A stretch of DNA of 64,000 nt from contig CM060732.1 of assembly GCA_030704615.1 (NCBI GenBank), forward strand, positions 60,760,001-60,824,000, given 5' to 3'. The notes beneath the pieces were generated by a model. It saw nothing but the letters and a program-made list of their open reading frames with translations. It did not search any database and was not told the origin of the DNA. Shown here one piece after another: positions 63,271 through 64,000 of this stretch. Both the position numbers and the translations under genes were made by a program. Positions within the stretch are counted from its first letter, which is position 1; each line of letters starts with the position of its first letter. This stretch comes from Takakia lepidozioides. Taxonomy: Eukaryota; Plantae; Bryophyta.

Positions 63271-64000
63271 CCACTGCAGCTGATTTGAGCTCTGCTTGAG
63301 AGGCGCAGCTATCATACGTTCCTTCCACACTTTCTCGGCAAGGCGGATGATCAGAAGGAAAGCTCGTGAGGGATTTCCCAAGAAACATGATGCTTTGGAT
63401 CCACTAGCCCTCCATTTGCGGGTTGTACATTCCAATGTCAACTTCTGTATCTGAATTCATCCGTGCAAACAATGCTTCCACCCCTGTTACAACAGCACTA
63501 GGCAGTTGAAATAATTCATTGACACCTTCCAATGTGAATAACTGCATGCAAATCTAGCCAAATCCTTGAACAAAATGGCATAGATCTTAGGTGATCCAGT
63601 TAGCTACTAACCTGTGATAAGAGGAATTATGTAGCCCATAGCCTGCACACCAAGCATCCCAAACGAGATGTAGGACGTCGACTCCAGATGACTCTTGACA
63701 TGTGACAATTGGGCACCAATACATAGTAGCATCAGAGTTAGGGTTGCCACACTGAACGACCATTTCAGACTCTTCCGAGAAATGATCTCATCCTACTTTT
63801 TTTTACTGGTCGACAGCCCTCCAAGTACATTTTCCCATCCTTGGGATTACACAGACCTTCTGCAAAATACACGAACTTAATCTTGGTCAAGTGAGCTCCC
63901 ACTTTGAAGTATTCTGGTTGCTTGCTTGGGCGGCTTGAGCGAGGATTCGCTTTTAACGATTGTCATGTGGTCCTCAAGTGCAATCACACTAAAGCTCATA

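Noticed and set aside
63300-64000. Further gene or TE at the window end
   Set aside because: Only short broken ORFs with no motif I can recognise.

Overview
Gene-dense nuclear DNA from a land plant, probably a seed-free or bryophyte-grade lineage (inference). It has spliceosomal introns, so the ORF track fragments most genes; exon models below were built by hand from splice sites and reading phase. It contains about 15 protein-coding genes: the 3' end of an amino-acid transporter, a CCS-like gene, Fe-SOD, a 3-hydroxyisobutyrate/6PGD-like dehydrogenase, a GDSL lipase, a prokaryote-like HhH protein, a TEX2/SMP protein, a C2-domain protein, a 1043-aa unknown, an OEP40-like gene, PsaH, FQR1/WrbA, a bacterial-type Orn/Lys/Arg decarboxylase and an RNF170-like RING gene. 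It also has one tRNA-Leu(UAG), two pseudogene fragments and CACTA, SINE, LINE and Gypsy remnants. The best candidate for an undescribed system is at 1.1-6.1 kb. A copper chaperone (CCS)-like gene that appears to lack its N-terminal copper-capture domain sits head-to-head with an Fe-SOD gene, and between them are two dense clusters of GTAC(T) copper-response motifs. This looks like a bidirectional copper-switch locus. The second highlight is an intron-containing gene resembling a prokaryotic HhH/endonuclease-III-like family, a possible horizontal transfer. Family assignments come from recalled motifs; no database search was run.
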